NCBI GenBank assembly: GCA_046563655.1
Contig: CM102288.1
Span: 1,116,001-1,180,000, forward strand
DNA length: 64,000 bases
Reading direction: 5' to 3'
DNA from: Yuukianura sp. NJ FZ-2021
Lineage: Eukaryota
In this document: positions 48,201 to 61,291 of the stretch, one piece after another
How positions within the stretch are numbered: the stretch's first letter is position 1
Layout of the letters: each line of letters begins with the position of its first letter
Made by a program: the position numbers and the translations under genes
The notes under the pieces: model-generated
Told to the model about the DNA's origin: nothing
What the model saw: the letters and a program-made list of their open reading frames with translations, nothing else
The model's database searches: none

Positions 48201-49161
48201 TACACCCAAATTCAAAATTTTCGTTTGCTCGGCTAACTAGTCATAGGTTTTTGCCTTGATTTTTTCAAAAGTTAGTTTTCAAAAAATTCGAAATAACGTT
48301 TTTTCCAAAAGTCTGATTCAGTTCATGTTTTTTTGAACAGTGATTTAGAGGAAGGTGGGTTTGTTATGGGGCGGTATCGTCCAGGGCTAACTTCCAGAAA
48401 TCTAATTCGATCTCCATTGTCCGACTATGGACATTTCACTGCCGCTGCTGCTGCGACGCCAGACGATGACCTTGACAGGTGACGACTCTAAGTTGACCTC
48501 ACCCGTTGTTGCTTGCATGATAAGTTTTCACACTATCACTAACTCTGCACAAATTTCAAAAAAGTTGGACAAAATTTGAACATTTTGAAAAAGCGGAAAC
48601 TGAGCACTGCATTCATAAACTCCGATTTTCACTCTGCTTTTAATTTTTCTCTACTCACTCCATATTTTTCTTACTCTTTTTCTGTTTATTGGTTTAGTTG
48701 CATCGATGGGTATGCAAGTCCGTATTGTCCGTGCTATTTCTGGTACTCTCTCTTGCAAATTTCTCAATTTTTACCTTTAGCTAATTAGCTCTTTAGTTAA
48801 TCAACCCTTAGAAACTGCAAGAATGAAGTTGAAGTAGAGCACTAACGTAGTGCCCGGCTTGCGCCAAAATTTCCTTCACTAAAAAGCTGTTGGCAGATGC
48901 ATGCTTATATACAGTGGTAACTACTTATTACAAATATTTCGAAATATTTTTAAATTTCTGTTTTTTATATTTGATTTTAGCACACAAATGAATCTTTTGA
49001 ACACGTCCACAAGTGAAGAAGATGATGAGCCAACGAATGCCCACATGGCTAGAACGCTCACACCAAGAAACCTAATGAAGAATATTTATCATCCGTCGGA
49101 AGATTCTTACGGTTCAGAGTCACCCCGAAGACACAATGGAGTAGCACCACCAAACTATTGA
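36254..49161 (+). CDS. mmd: ADAM family protein, non-catalytic mind-meld / ADAM11-22-23 / unc-71 type
   Basis: Exons 36254 (or 36311)-36389, 36962-37015, 40695-40888, 42354-42650, 43353-43538, 43751-43825, 43907-44033, 44157-44256, 44350-44387, 44516-44590, 44872-45041, 45212-45376, 45474-45672, 45760-46079, 46147-46706, 46789-46895, 47169-47306, 47398-47536, 47612-47755, 48341-48478, 48981-49161. Prodomain, [13 protein letters not shown] (no catalytic Glu), disintegrin [15 protein letters not shown], Cys-rich, EGF and TM domains. Tail motifs [37 protein letters not shown]. Confidence 0.93.
44640..44834. mobile_element. hAT-superfamily MITE (195 bp) in an ADAM intron
   Basis: 20-bp TIR CAGACCTGCCAAAAATATTT / AAATATTTTTGGCATGTCTG with one mismatch. 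8-bp TSD GATATCAC / AATATCAC (7 of 8 match). Confidence 0.85.
47961..48035 (+). other. Candidate 75-nt cassette exon of the ADAM gene containing an in-frame TGA
   Basis: Acceptor tttaattttaacag|, donor CAG|gtacat. Phase 2 at both ends, like its neighbours. TGA at 47983-47985. Confidence 0.55.
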
Positions 49162-51195
49162 CGATAGGCATGACTATTCGTCGCATAAAACTGGAACTAA
49201 CAAAGTAAAACTACCCAATTGTCCTTAAAAAGTATTAAGATTTAAGACTTTAACAATCTCAAGTTAACTATTTAATTCACTTAACTACAGCTAGTATAGT
49301 GGTAAATATAATGTTTGACTACCGTACACCCTTGAACATAACAGGCTAACAATAGTCGATCACTACCGATTACATGAAACTTGGGCTACCGGTACCGGAT
49401 ACCCACTACCGATACCGCAGTGTACCGCGGATACACACTTTACCGCTGTGTGGCGCTCGATAAGACAGGTTGTGTACCAAAAACTAAAATACTGCCAAAA
49501 TATAACCGTTAAGGTTACGCAACATTGTATACATAAAATGTGTGAACAAAAATCCTTAATCATTTTAATGTATCATGCTATGTTAAAACTAATTTGCATT
49601 ACTATGATCTCTAAATATTTACATTACGTAAATTTGTACAGTTCGATTTTACTTAGAAAAGGTGCAACTGGGTATAAGATTAACACTGTGATTACCTTAA
49701 CTTTTAATGTTTTTTAGAAATACTTTAAAGTATTTAGGAAAATTTGGTCTAAAACTGTGAGGGGATTGGCTGTTCAAATCGCAAATTTTGGAAAGCCAAA
49801 AACTTAGGTCATAAGTAACTAGCGATTGAAAACTATTAAAGTCATTTGTACTACCGTGATTTGAGAGTTTGGAATAGTTTAAAACAATTTTAAGTCTGGG
49901 GTGTCTTTTGTTTATGTTGCAACACGCTACAAAGTGTGAACCTGCTTTGTCACATTTTTGTTAGCGTTACATAATTAATTGCTAGTTAATTACATCTAAA
50001 CTTTGTAACTCCAGTTTTGAATTAAGTGATTTAACGTTTTTGTACTGTCCATGCCATGGCTCCACTTCCTCTGAATGAGGACAGTTTAGAATTTGCCATG
50101 AAAATGAAATTTCTTTGCTCATTTGAAAAATTCCAACCAGAATTTGAACTTCTAATTACTGGAGATTTCTTTTTGAGATTTTGCAAAACGTTCCAATGCA
50201 TTTTTAAATGTAACATTATTAGTAACCTTAGGTTGTAAAAAATTTGTGTTACTTTTGTAAAACACGTAATCTTAAGTGGTGTAGGTGTAGAATTCTACCC
50301 AGAAATGAAGTATAAAATTAAATATTTTATAGAATACGAATTATTGAAATTTGATTTCAATAAACAAATTGTGTTCACTTAAGATCGTCTCTCTTCTAAC
50401 AAATTGGAATCAATTTTGGTTAGTTCAGAGAAAGTTTTTTTCTTTTCAAAAAGAGATTTATGGAGTTATGATCTCATAAATTTCTTTCAAGAAATTTAAT
50501 AGAATTGTGGTATGAGAAATCCAATCAGTTTTGAACCGCATCTTCTTAAATTCTCACACCTCATTTCCTCCTTCTACTTTTGTAGGATGAGATCCGATTA
50601 AAGATTCATGAGGTGTCATCTTCCTCTAGAAACAAAAAAAAACACTTTCAAATTTTGGTCTAATTCTACCCCCATAGTTATAATTTGGAAATCCGTGTTA
50701 TAATTATGCTGAATATAACTTATAATTTAAAAATTTATATTCAAGTCCAGTTTAAAGCGTAGCTTAAGTTGTACTTTCTCAATTTCAATTTAACCTTAGC
50801 CAAGCATGAGCTCGACCCAATTTTCATTTATACTTTGGGGGACAATCGAAAAATGAAAAGTGTCATAAGAACGAGAGGAGAGAGAGTTGCAAAATGTGAA
50901 ACGACAAAAAGGCTCTTTGCTTAAATCGTGTTCAAAGTCTTATTCTTCTTTTTAGAGCACAATCCTATTCAATTTTTGCACTCAAAAGTCAAACCATTCA
51001 ATTTCGTCAGTCGTAAAGTTAAGGAGGCGTACAGGGCGTTTTCAAAAACAGCTTGAACCATTTCCTCATAAGCAAACCAAAACTATTTCACAACAAAACA
51101 AAAAATATTCACTTTTAAACAATCTGCGAGGCGTGAGACTCAAAAGTTGACAAATTCAGTTTTTTTTCTTGGATCTTGTAAAAGTTTAAACAAAA

Positions 51196-51278
51196 ATGGT
51201 CAAGAGAAAAATGTATACACAGAAGGATCGGTACGCAGAAGACTATGAGCAGTCATCACTTCATTACAAAGCAGACGC
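51196..51278 (+). CDS. nemy: Alternative first coding exon A of the cytochrome b561
   Basis: CAAAA-ATG, MVKRKMYTQKDRYAEDYEQSSLHYKAD, phase-2 donor GC|gtaagt compatible with the acceptor at 59504. Inr-like TCAGTC near 51007. Confidence 0.65.
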
Positions 51279-53644
51279 GTAAGTTACAATACAAAATTCA
51301 AAATAAAATTTTTATTTTCCAATTTGAAAGAAAGTTTGGAAATTTTTGACGCTATAGCTGAATAGCGTGTATTATTAGAATCACTACGGTATTTTTGGGA
51401 GAGCCAAACACGCACCGTCGGATACTTTTTTTTGGTTGGTCATTGATTGGTATCGAAGTGAGTGACAAGTAAAAATTGCGGTTTTTGGGTCACAGGTGTA
51501 TTGACATTGACATGACAAAGCAAAGGCTTTCTGTTGGAACCAACTTGACCTCGAGCTGAAACTGGTGTTAGTATTGACAACATTTCGGATACAACGACAA
51601 AAAGAGTAGTGAAAGTTGTAGATTTTTTCACCAAAGAGTTGAAAGCTTGGTAAAAGCTGCCCGGGTACAGAAACGTCAATATTTTCTGTAAACCGGGATT
51701 TCACGGTTGAAGTACGGCGCTAACAAGGCGCGTACTCAAATATTTTTCCAAATATCTGTAGTGAACCTCAATGCCGCAAAAAGTTCACATTTGTACTTCT
51801 CTTACTACGTATTTAATTTTCAGTTTAATGAGTACATGCTTGTGTCTAAATTTATTGTTTAAGTTTTGAGATTCGGGCTTGATTTTTATTTTTAAAAATA
51901 AAAACTAGTTCACTCTTTCCTCTTTTTAGTTTAATCAGAATTGAAAAAGAAAAAGAAAGCAAATAAACGATGATGGAGAAAAATAGTTAAAACCGACAAC
52001 GTTAATGGAATTGAGTTCTTTTCAAAATTAGAAAGTCAAATGAAAAGGGCGGAACCCTCAACTTTTCTAATTCAAATCCCCTCAAAGTCTCCTATTTTTA
52101 GAATTTTGGTTTCCACAAGATTGAATTTCATTTTTTAACCCAAAGAGAAAGCAAACTAGACGTTGAAATTTGGTGGAGCTCAAGTTCCATTAAAATTGAT
52201 TATGGACTCCAAAGTTTTGACTAAAAAATCCATTGGGAAGTAGAAAAGTAAAAACTTTTTGAAATTGAAGACAGTTGACCTCAACTGTTACGAGGTCACG
52301 TCCTCTTTCATTTCCGACTTCCTTTCAAATCAAATGTCAAGGACTGCATTTCCTGTGTGATGAAATTTTTTTTAGCTTTGAGAATTCATTCCAAAACGAA
52401 TTTCTAAAAAAAACGATGCGCTCCATGACGAATGACTTTTGGACTTTCCTACCGTAGTGTTAGGTTGTAGAGTAATTGAAATGAATGGTTTTTCCTTTTC
52501 AAAATGAAACTGAAATTGTGTTTTGTCGAGAACCAAAATGCTTGTTTTTGTTCACTCGCACCGTTGAACTTGAGCAGCAAAAGCAGCATGGTTTTCCTTC
52601 TGCTTTTGAATCTGAAGTGTTGGGGATCTCGTTAGTTAAACAACGCATTCAAAACTTATCCCTCTCGAGATTTTGCATTTTCCCGGGTTTCATCTTTTTG
52701 TTTCATTTTCATTTTATTTCAAATTGGAAAAGTTGTTTTTCGGAGAAAAGTGGAGGAAGAGTAATTGGATGCCTGAGGAGCTCACTTTCACTTTGGTTGT
52801 GTTTGGCTCTGTAGTGAAAATTAATGTTTCTCGGCTTAAGTAATTAGTTAATGTCAATTTTCTTGAAAACTAAGCTCATATTTTCAAGACGTGAATTGAT
52901 TTTCTAAAAATAGATGTTTGACATTTTGAACCATAAAATTTTTGTCTGAATTTGATCCTATTTTTGGAAAACGTGAACTGGATCAGACATCACTTAAATC
53001 CAGTTCCGGTTCCTACCCTTCCGGTGTTATTTCTATCCTGTCTGAAGCAGTTGCAAGCATGAACGCATTATTTTGAACAAAAAACGGAGGGGGAAGGGAT
53101 GATGCTACCCGGTTTTCGGGTTTTTCGGAAGTTGGGGGAAATATTTTGAAAACGAGCTCTCCCTCCTACCAGGGACTCTGCAGCTTTTATTTCTGCAAAC
53201 AATTTCGGTTTTGACGGGCGTTCCAGCCGCTGCCTGTCTTTCTCCCGCTACTTGGCCGTTTGAAGTTGGTTTTGGTCAGTCAGTCAGTCGTGGGTTAGAA
53301 GAAGAGAGGCTTACTTTCACTTAAGCGGTGGTGTTTACTTTCACTTTGTAATCCAAAGCCCCTGAGTTGTAAAACAATAGTAGTGGTGACACGCTAGAGT
53401 TGTTTGAACGTGCTTGAACGAAGTGGTTGAGTGAAAGCTGACAGGATCGACGGAAAGACAAAGTGAAAATACCAAAATCGGATTAGGAATTCCGCAGCTC
53501 TGAAAAATTTCAGCATTTCCTATTTATTAGCTCCGTCGGAAATCTCCAATCTCTTGGATTTCGGTGAAATTCCAAAATAGGAAATCTAAAACAGTGACAT
53601 TCAGGTTCTTTTTTTGAAGTTTTAAAATTTTGAGTACAAGCAAA

Positions 53645-53730
53645 ATGAGTGACCAAACGGAGTTAGCTGAAGATGATTCTCCAAATGAAAACGAAACTGA
53701 AGAACATGAAGCCGATGAACTTCCAGAAAA
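53645..53730 (+). CDS. nemy: Alternative first coding exon B of the cytochrome b561 (acidic N-terminus)
   Basis: CAAA-ATG, MSDQTELAEDDSPNENETEEHEADELPE, phase-2 donor AA|gtaaga. TCAGTCAGTCAGTC Inr-like cluster near 53276. Confidence 0.7.
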
Positions 53731-53899
53731 GTAAGATTCGCAAAAAAAAAATTGACGAAATTTTATTACAATTGACTTTCGCCAATAAAAAAAACTTCAA
53801 AGCCTAAAACAACTTTCTTTTGGAAAAAAAATTTGAAACAGAATTAGAATTGAAGAAAAAATTTCTAAAAAGCGTTCCAAATTTTCTTCTGTCACCTGA

Positions 53900-53950
53900 T
53901 GCTTGTTGAAGATGACGGTAAATTTGCTTGTTGAAGATGACAGTAAATTT
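53900..53950. repeat. 25-bp tandem duplication
   Basis: TGCTTGTTGAAGATGAC(G/A)GTAAATT occurs twice in tandem. Confidence 0.85.
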
Positions 53951-56624
53951 CGTGTTTGCAAACTAAACTAGCGTTGTTAAAAAAAAAACATGAGGGGAAA
54001 CCCGTGTCAAAAACAGACGCTGATGTTTTGCCACAAAACTTTCCCGTGAAATTTTGATTCAATTGACAGGGAAGAGTAAAACTGTACTCAAAACACTTCA
54101 AACAAATTCTGTTTAAAAAAGAGATAATTTTGGAAAAATTTCTAAAACAAGTTCGCTAGGGCACTTCGTGCCTCTTGTCTTAAGTGCATACGTTAACGCT
54201 CTTTTGTTGTCTGAATATATTTCACTTTCATTTTTTCCCCATTATTTTTCAAATAGTGTTTTCACCACTTACTAAAGTAAGTTAATATTTAAGCACTCAA
54301 TGAATTCCTCTCAAATTGTTCAAATTTTCCTCTCTGGTATGTGTGTGTGAAATTTTCAAAATTCTTTGTTTCCCTTGGGTGATTTAGGGACTGTAATGAC
54401 TTTATTTTTAGCTCTGTTCATTTCCAACTGTCATGCTTGGTCATTTGTGGAATCGTTTGAACCTAATGCACGTACTTTTCAAATGACAAAAAAATGCTGA
54501 AAGATGCGAACTCCGCTTGCAGTTCACTTCGCTCCAAAGCACTTTTCGAGACTCTCATTAAAGTTAGGCGAAGGTGGTAGTCTAACAAACCCAACGGCAA
54601 TCGCAACGGTTTTCTCATCATTACTTACTACAGTCCGCACAATGGAAAAGTAACGCTTGAAGCTTAACGAGAGTTGGACATGTAGGTTCTTAGGACGGTC
54701 CTTTCAGGACTTTGGTGCATAAATTTAGAACTTGTCAATCAACTTAAGGTGTGAGAAATTGTACTTAAAGATGCACACTGAATTGCATTTAAGAGTGGAA
54801 CAAGTGCTATGCTTTTAAGAGGAAGAGTCTTGTTTGATTTGGAAATGAATGTGAAATGTGTCAAATTTACAAATGAAACAGCCAATGTAGAGTTGTGAAT
54901 AATTAGGAAATGATTGGAGCTTCCTCAATTGAAGTCTTGAAGCACGGAATTGCAAAACCACAACATGTAAACGGGGCTACGTATTAAACGTACAGACAGA
55001 ATTACATACTTTCTATACACGAGTGTATAAGAACGAAAGAAAATGGAAAACTAGAAAATTTGATTTTTTTTTGTTAAAATGTAAAAACAAAAAATAGGGT
55101 GGATGCGGAAGAATTTGTTTGCTTTTAGCCTAATTTTTTTCCTTTTCCTTATTTTTAGGTTTCAAGAAAGTGAATTTGTTTTTGTAACGAATAGGATGAA
55201 AAGTTATTTATAAAAAATATATTGTTATATTTTTTGAGGAAACTTCAATTTTGAAAGGATAAATCTAACTTCCTTCTTATTTGAACAATTTACTTTGTCT
55301 GGTTCATGGGAACCAAAATTTATTGCTTTTGCTCCTCCCGAGTTTGGGTGGGATTCAATTTCCAGGTCAAATTATAAAAAATATTGTACAAAAAACAACG
55401 TTATATGAAGTTTCTGGAATATTTTTATGACTAACAGGAGCCTAATGTATAAAATTTTTAAAAATTTGATGTAGTTGAAAAATTTCGATTTTTTTTGTCA
55501 ATCCATTTACAGTAACCGCGGAATCCAATCGTGATCGTGTAAATTGGAATTTTCAAAGTAGTTCAAAAAATTATGTCAGGAAAATCAAGTTTTAAAATGG
55601 CCAAAAGGTCAACGAATTCAAGTAGGTCAAAAGATGATCAAAGGGAAGAGCATATACCAGTTTTTTTGTGAGATAACAAATGCATTCCCACTTTTCAAAT
55701 GAAGTTTTATTAAAAAGTCATTTATGTCATGTCTTCATAACAAAACGAAAGAAATCACAACATGTAAAGGTAAAATTTCAACAAGGTAAAATTTTTGGAA
55801 AACCAAACTATGGGGGGAAAACTACAGCAGGATGTTGAATAATTTTGGACAACACTGTACATGCGTACAGTTCCTGTTACTTTTTGTGTGTTTTTTTGAA
55901 AGTTTTTAAACTTTGAAATGATGGTGGTAGGAGGGAAAATCGGTCGAAAGTCAACAATGAACAAGTCTCCTGCTGCTTTAACATTGAACATTTTGGGGTG
56001 AGCCACTGAACCCGAAGGCTTTTGAACAACGTCCATGTTGCCTTTGGTACTTTTACTATAGCCCACTTCCCTCGATAACTTGTACACACAGTACATGTAC
56101 TAAAATCACAACTTCTAGCTCTGTTCATCCCTTGGGCAGTTTAGATTTACGGTTTTTGAGGGTGCGTCTATCTCTCTCCCTGCTCAAACTTAAACTTCTT
56201 CCTTCCCCTCGTCATCTTTCAAAGACAGACTTTTCAATTTGAACCATAAACACGTTTTTTAGTCCACGACAACATCAACCATCCTGCTTACTGCACTTGG
56301 GCTTGGTCTCACAAACTTTGGCCTTCGAAAAGGAACAAGGTTTGGAGCGGAGAGAGAGACGCGGAATACAGATTCAACGGAAAATTAAGGCTTGGAAGTC
56401 AACATTTGGAGTGACAGTGACGCTTTGAAGTTGTGATTTTGACAAATCATACATTTTCAATTCCAAATCCAATTATAATCGTGTTTCAGAAACTTTTTGA
56501 CAACAGTTGGAAATTGTGGCATTTTTTCGGCAAATGCTCTGAAATCACTGGATTGGTTAGGAGTTCTAAACTTCTGAAAGTTCAAAAGTTCAGAGTCGGT
56601 ACAAATACATCACTCGTCTCAAAA

Positions 56625-56629
56625 ATGAG
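56625..56629 (+). CDS. nemy: Alternative first coding exon C of the cytochrome b561 (ATG AG only)
   Basis: CAAAA-ATG AG|gtaaaa, phase 2, at the end of a UTR-like segment starting near 56260. Confidence 0.5.
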
Positions 56630-59504
56630 GTAAAAAAAATTATGTATTAAAATATATAAAGTGCTTAAAAATTAATTGAAATCGGAAATTTCAAGTATCG
56701 TAGTGACACGCTCCACGAAACTAAGCTTAACAATGTGAAACTTCCTTAGCATAAAATTTTGATTAGTAAATGTTTTTTTTTTAATTTTGTAAACAAAGTT
56801 ACCCATCCCTTACGTTATTCGTGATTACTCTTACGTAAGCATTAAACTTAGTAAGTGTGCATGAATAATTAATTTCCCGGAACACTTTGTGGAATAACTA
56901 CAACGAAAAATTAAATCTGGAACAGGCGTATTTTGAAAAGATGGAGGTTAAAACAGTGTTGTGTTGGTTTATCCAGTAAAGTTTAGAAGATCCAGTAAAG
57001 TTATTAGAACACTAAAAAGTGAAAACTGAGCTGAGGAAGAGGAAATGAATTAGTTCTGCATCAGTTTCAACGTTACCGTAAGGGTTGATGTTCAATCCAT
57101 TACAGTTTTTTTAGTTTGAGTGTTTACGTTAGTTATTGTTTGGAGTAATTTGCCATAATCCTGTGTTGATTTTACACTTTTGATGATGTGAAAGTGTTAA
57201 ATCTAAGGTATTCGGTTCTTCCGGTTGCACATTTGAAGACCTTAACAATTAAATTGTCTTTTACTATTGTTTACTACTGTTGTAGTGATTGCACAAGTGT
57301 TGCATCAAGATCCAAATGTCCCAGTTTCATATTTGTTCACTTAAGTGTGAACTGTGTCTCTCGTGTGACCAGTAGTTTTTTGAATCTAAACTAAAGTAAC
57401 AATCAAATAGGGCATCATGGCATAGCATTTTAAACTTTTTTGTATGTTCCGCTAAACAGTACTATAATTTCACCACAAACCTTCATTTTTGAAACTATGT
57501 ACTTTTTCAGTTTTTGTGATCTTGATCATGAGGGGAGGAAAATTGCGTTATTCCGTTTTGATCTTTCGTGTTTCGTTTTTTACTGCAACAATCTATACCG
57601 CACTCGCATTTTTTGAATTGTTGAATTCAAAAACGTGTTATGCGGTTCAGTTATGAATTTGTGACACTTCAGTTTTTTGTGACTTTAAACGTGAGTTATT
57701 TTGATGCAAAAAGTTCTTCCATTTCGGAGTTTCTGATTGGTCAGTTGTTTTAAATCTGGTTTGAAGCGGATGAGGAATGACGACCAAATCATGATTTTTT
57801 TTTAAATTGTTAGTTAAATAATTTATTATCTTGGAAACCTGTTTTGTGGTGACTAGATCAGGATTCTTGGTATTTCAAATTCTATTTTGTCGTGAGAAAA
57901 TGAAGTAAAATTTTAGCAACGCAAAGCAAGGAAGATAAAAATTGCATTTAAACTTTGTGATTGTTCAATTGTAAAACGATTTAATTGCAATTTGTAATTG
58001 GTACTGCATTTGGATTCCAATTTACTTCAGTGCTTTTCGTAGAATACCGATTGACATTTGATTGTAGGAGAAAAGCGTCTTGAGTAGGATATAAATTGTA
58101 GAGGCAGCAGTTAAAGTATCGGTAGACATAAAACAAAGTGCCTGACACCATTTCCACTTTATTTGCACAAGGAATTATTCTGTTTGCTCAATTTACTATA
58201 CTAAACGACCTCCATCGTTCTTTTCCATTCAAAACAAGCTGCAGAAGCAGAACCATCTCGCTGCGTTGTAAATGGTTAATGTGTCTCTTGGTCATCGTCT
58301 GTTCAGTTAGTAGTTTGGGCATTGCCAATTTTTGTGGCATTCGAACGTAGTTAAACAATTGACTTACATAGGGACTCAATGTCATCTCAATTGAGGCGTC
58401 TTCCTTTTTGTTTCCTGTAATTTCAGAACATGATCACACTTTGACACCCCCATACTCATAGATATAGCATTACAACACATAGATATAATATTGCATACCA
58501 TAATATAATATGCCAGAATATTTCAAACAGAATCTGCAAACATTGTTTCCTTGAAAGTCAGAATTGGTTGAGCAGGAACATGAACAGGGCGGTTTCAACT
58601 TACACAATTAATGGATTTGATGCTAAGGGCGGAGGGAGTAACTATTTTTTAAATCTTTTAAAAAGACATTAAATTGGCATGTTTACAACTAATCGTTGTG
58701 TTTTTTAATACTGCTACAGCGTAATACGCTTTACAAAATCTATTTAAAACGTGACGTTGCACAATGTTGCAGTTGGATGTTGCACAACTACAAAATGTTT
58801 TAGCATCTTTTCCAAAAGGATTTGCCGACTTTAGGATTTTAGTTTCGGTTGCTGAACATTTTTGTTTATGTTGTTTTTGTAAATGATACTGCAAACGAAT
58901 CTGTTTTTTGTGGTTCCTTATAAGGAATACTGCCGCTGCGCATTACCTTTACAATGAAATACATCTTTAATGGCCTTGGTCGTGTCAAATTTATCAAACT
59001 CAAAATTTTGATATTCCTGCGAGACGCTTTTTGAAATCAATTCGTACATAAAAACTTTCTCCGGTAATGACATATAAAAGACACGATGACTTTGATGGGA
59101 ATTTTTGTTATGTTAGGTTAAGATATATTTGTAGATAACATGTTTACTTCGCATGTAATGGTTTTCACTTTTTGTAAGTGCTTTGTAGAAAATTACAATA
59201 GATCAGAATCGATTTTCTACACAAGAGACTTGGACTAACAGCGACAAATGTTTGACAAAAAGTTTGTGCTGATGACCTCTAGCACAGTATGACTCCTCTT
59301 CCAGGTTCCGGGTTAATAAAGTTGTAATTAAATTATTTATAGCCAATTCAAATATAATGCAAATTTTAATTATAAACACAATCGGGCGGTTGTCAGCATT
59401 TCGTATGCTCGGAATTTTTGAAACTAAATCCGTGAAATCCGTGCTTCACTGAAGTAACAAAATAATTTTTTAGAAATTAACGAAAAAATTTTTCGTTTTT
59501 TTAG

Positions 59505-60753
59505 GACGAAGGAAGAAGACTCTGTTGGAATGGCGAGCAAAATTGGTTTTGCACTTTCGATGATCTTGACCAGCGTATTTCTCATTGCGTCACTTACACT
59601 CATTCTATTCTGGGTTTTGATGTACGGAGGAGGATTTTCATGGGTAAGAAAGAAATTTTCAAAAAGTAAAGAAAATTTTGAAATTTTTAAAAACTTTACA
59701 ATTTGACTTGGTTTGTTTAGGACGACTACGTGAAACATCCGAAATTACTTCAGTTTCCACTCAAGTTTAACTTTCACCCAACGCTCATGATTGGTGGATT
59801 CATTTTCTTTTCTGGGTTTTGTAAGTCAGAATGACTCTTTTCAAAATTTGGGTTTTGAAATTTCGAAATTTTAAATTTCAGCAATGCTGTTCTATCGACT
59901 GATGACATGCTGCCGAAAGTTGATTGTGAAATTGCTGCACACAATATTCCATTCCTTAGCAATTGCTTGCATTGCCATTGGCTTTCTCACAATTTGGGAT
60001 TCACACGATCTGGCTTTTCCGAAAATTCCGCACTTTTACTCTCTCCATTCTTGGCTTGGATTGGCCACCATGGGCCTATTTGCCATCCAGGTAGTAGAAA
60101 TTTTTCAAAAAAAAAATTCGAAATTTTGGAAATTTGACTTTTTATTAAAAATTTTCGTTTCTGTTTCAGTTCGTGGTTGGATTCTTTAGCTTCCTAGTGT
60201 TGTTGTGTTGTGAAGGAGGTACAGCCGCCTGTAGAGCTGCTCTCATTCCCACGCATTCCACTTTTGGCATCATCACTTTCATCATGGCCTGTATCACAGC
60301 CGTTGTTGGATTGACAGAAACTGCTTTCTTCTCACTCAAGTACGTTTTCAAAAGTGGCAGTTTTCAAAAACCAAAATTTTGAGTTGAATTTCTGTGCAAT
60401 TACAAAGATTTCACAATTTGAAAACTCAAAGTTCTTGGATTTTGGAATCCGCTCTTTTTCAATTCCAAACTGCCCAAGTAGCCACAAATGTATAATCAAT
60501 GTCGTTATTCGCTTTTTTTTCAAAATTTTTGTTTTTGCTTGCATTCTAAATTTTAAATTTGAAAAGTGACTCTTTTGCACGTAGCTTTCCAACGACATAC
60601 CCTGGATACGAGCGTTGGGTGTCTGACGAAGGACTGTTCATCAATATTCTAGGAACAGTTTTAGCAGCAGCCGGAATTTCAATGTTTTTCACAATCAATG
60701 CTCGTGCAGGTCAAAGGGCTTCGCTGCGCATGACCTACCACACTGACCTCTAA
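59505..60753 (+). CDS. nemy: Cytochrome b561 (transmembrane ascorbate-dependent reductase), nemy-type: common exons plus terminal exon 1
   Basis: Exons 59505-59643, 59721-59820, 59882-60090, 60170-60339, 60585-60753. Heme-ligand motifs FNFHPTLM, KLLHTIFH, FYSLHSWLG, PTHSTFG. LLCCEGGTAACRAALIP resembles the nemy subfamily. Confidence 0.92.
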
Positions 60754-61131
60754 ACATGACTGGAGGCTCTACTTTTAGAATTTAAGCTTTGTAGTATTAA
60801 GTTATAGTTAGAAAGTTGAAGTAGCATGGCTTAGTTGCATCAATATGCTTAGTTTTTTATATTTGTTTGTGCACAAAATGTGTGAAATGTATTGTATTTT
60901 TGTCCAAAATTTAGACCAGCTTTCACTATTCTAGTTTATGTCTGCTAGTTGTGCCATTTTTAATTTGCTAAAGTCCATTTTCCTAATTTCCTGAATTTGA
61001 GTTTCAATTTTTCAAGAATTATTTTTATAATTTTACTACTTTTGGGTATTTGGTCAACATGCGCTTGATCGACGCTGTTTGGTAGCTTGGGTTACTTACT
61101 GATTTCCTTTGTTTTTGGTTGTTTTGAACAG

Positions 61132-61291
61132 AGAGACGGAACCATCTAGTAACTACCGATTGGAAGTGACGGAAGCCGTAATAATTAACACCCTCGGAGT
61201 GGTTCTGATTGCTTCCATGATTATTATGGTCTGGGTCTTGAGAACTAATCCACTTAAACGGGGCTCTGCTGTTCTATCAGAGAGATTGTAA
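61132..61291 (+). CDS. nemy: Alternative terminal exon 2 of the cytochrome b561 (second TM6)
   Basis: Acceptor gttttgaacag| in phase 2, matching the donor at 60339. Encodes EAVIINTLGVVLIASMIIMVWVL...SERL*, paralogous to EGLFINILGTVLAAAGISMFFTI in 60585-60753. AATAAA near 61865. Confidence 0.85.

Noticed and set aside
58188..59050. Possible nested antisense gene in the nemy intron (CSCATSNCN, Ly6-like, and a hydrophobic stretch near 58460-58533)
   Set aside because: No signal-peptide exon, the remaining three-finger cysteines are missing, and upstream exon phases do not match. Worth revisiting only if RNA-seq shows minus-strand splicing.
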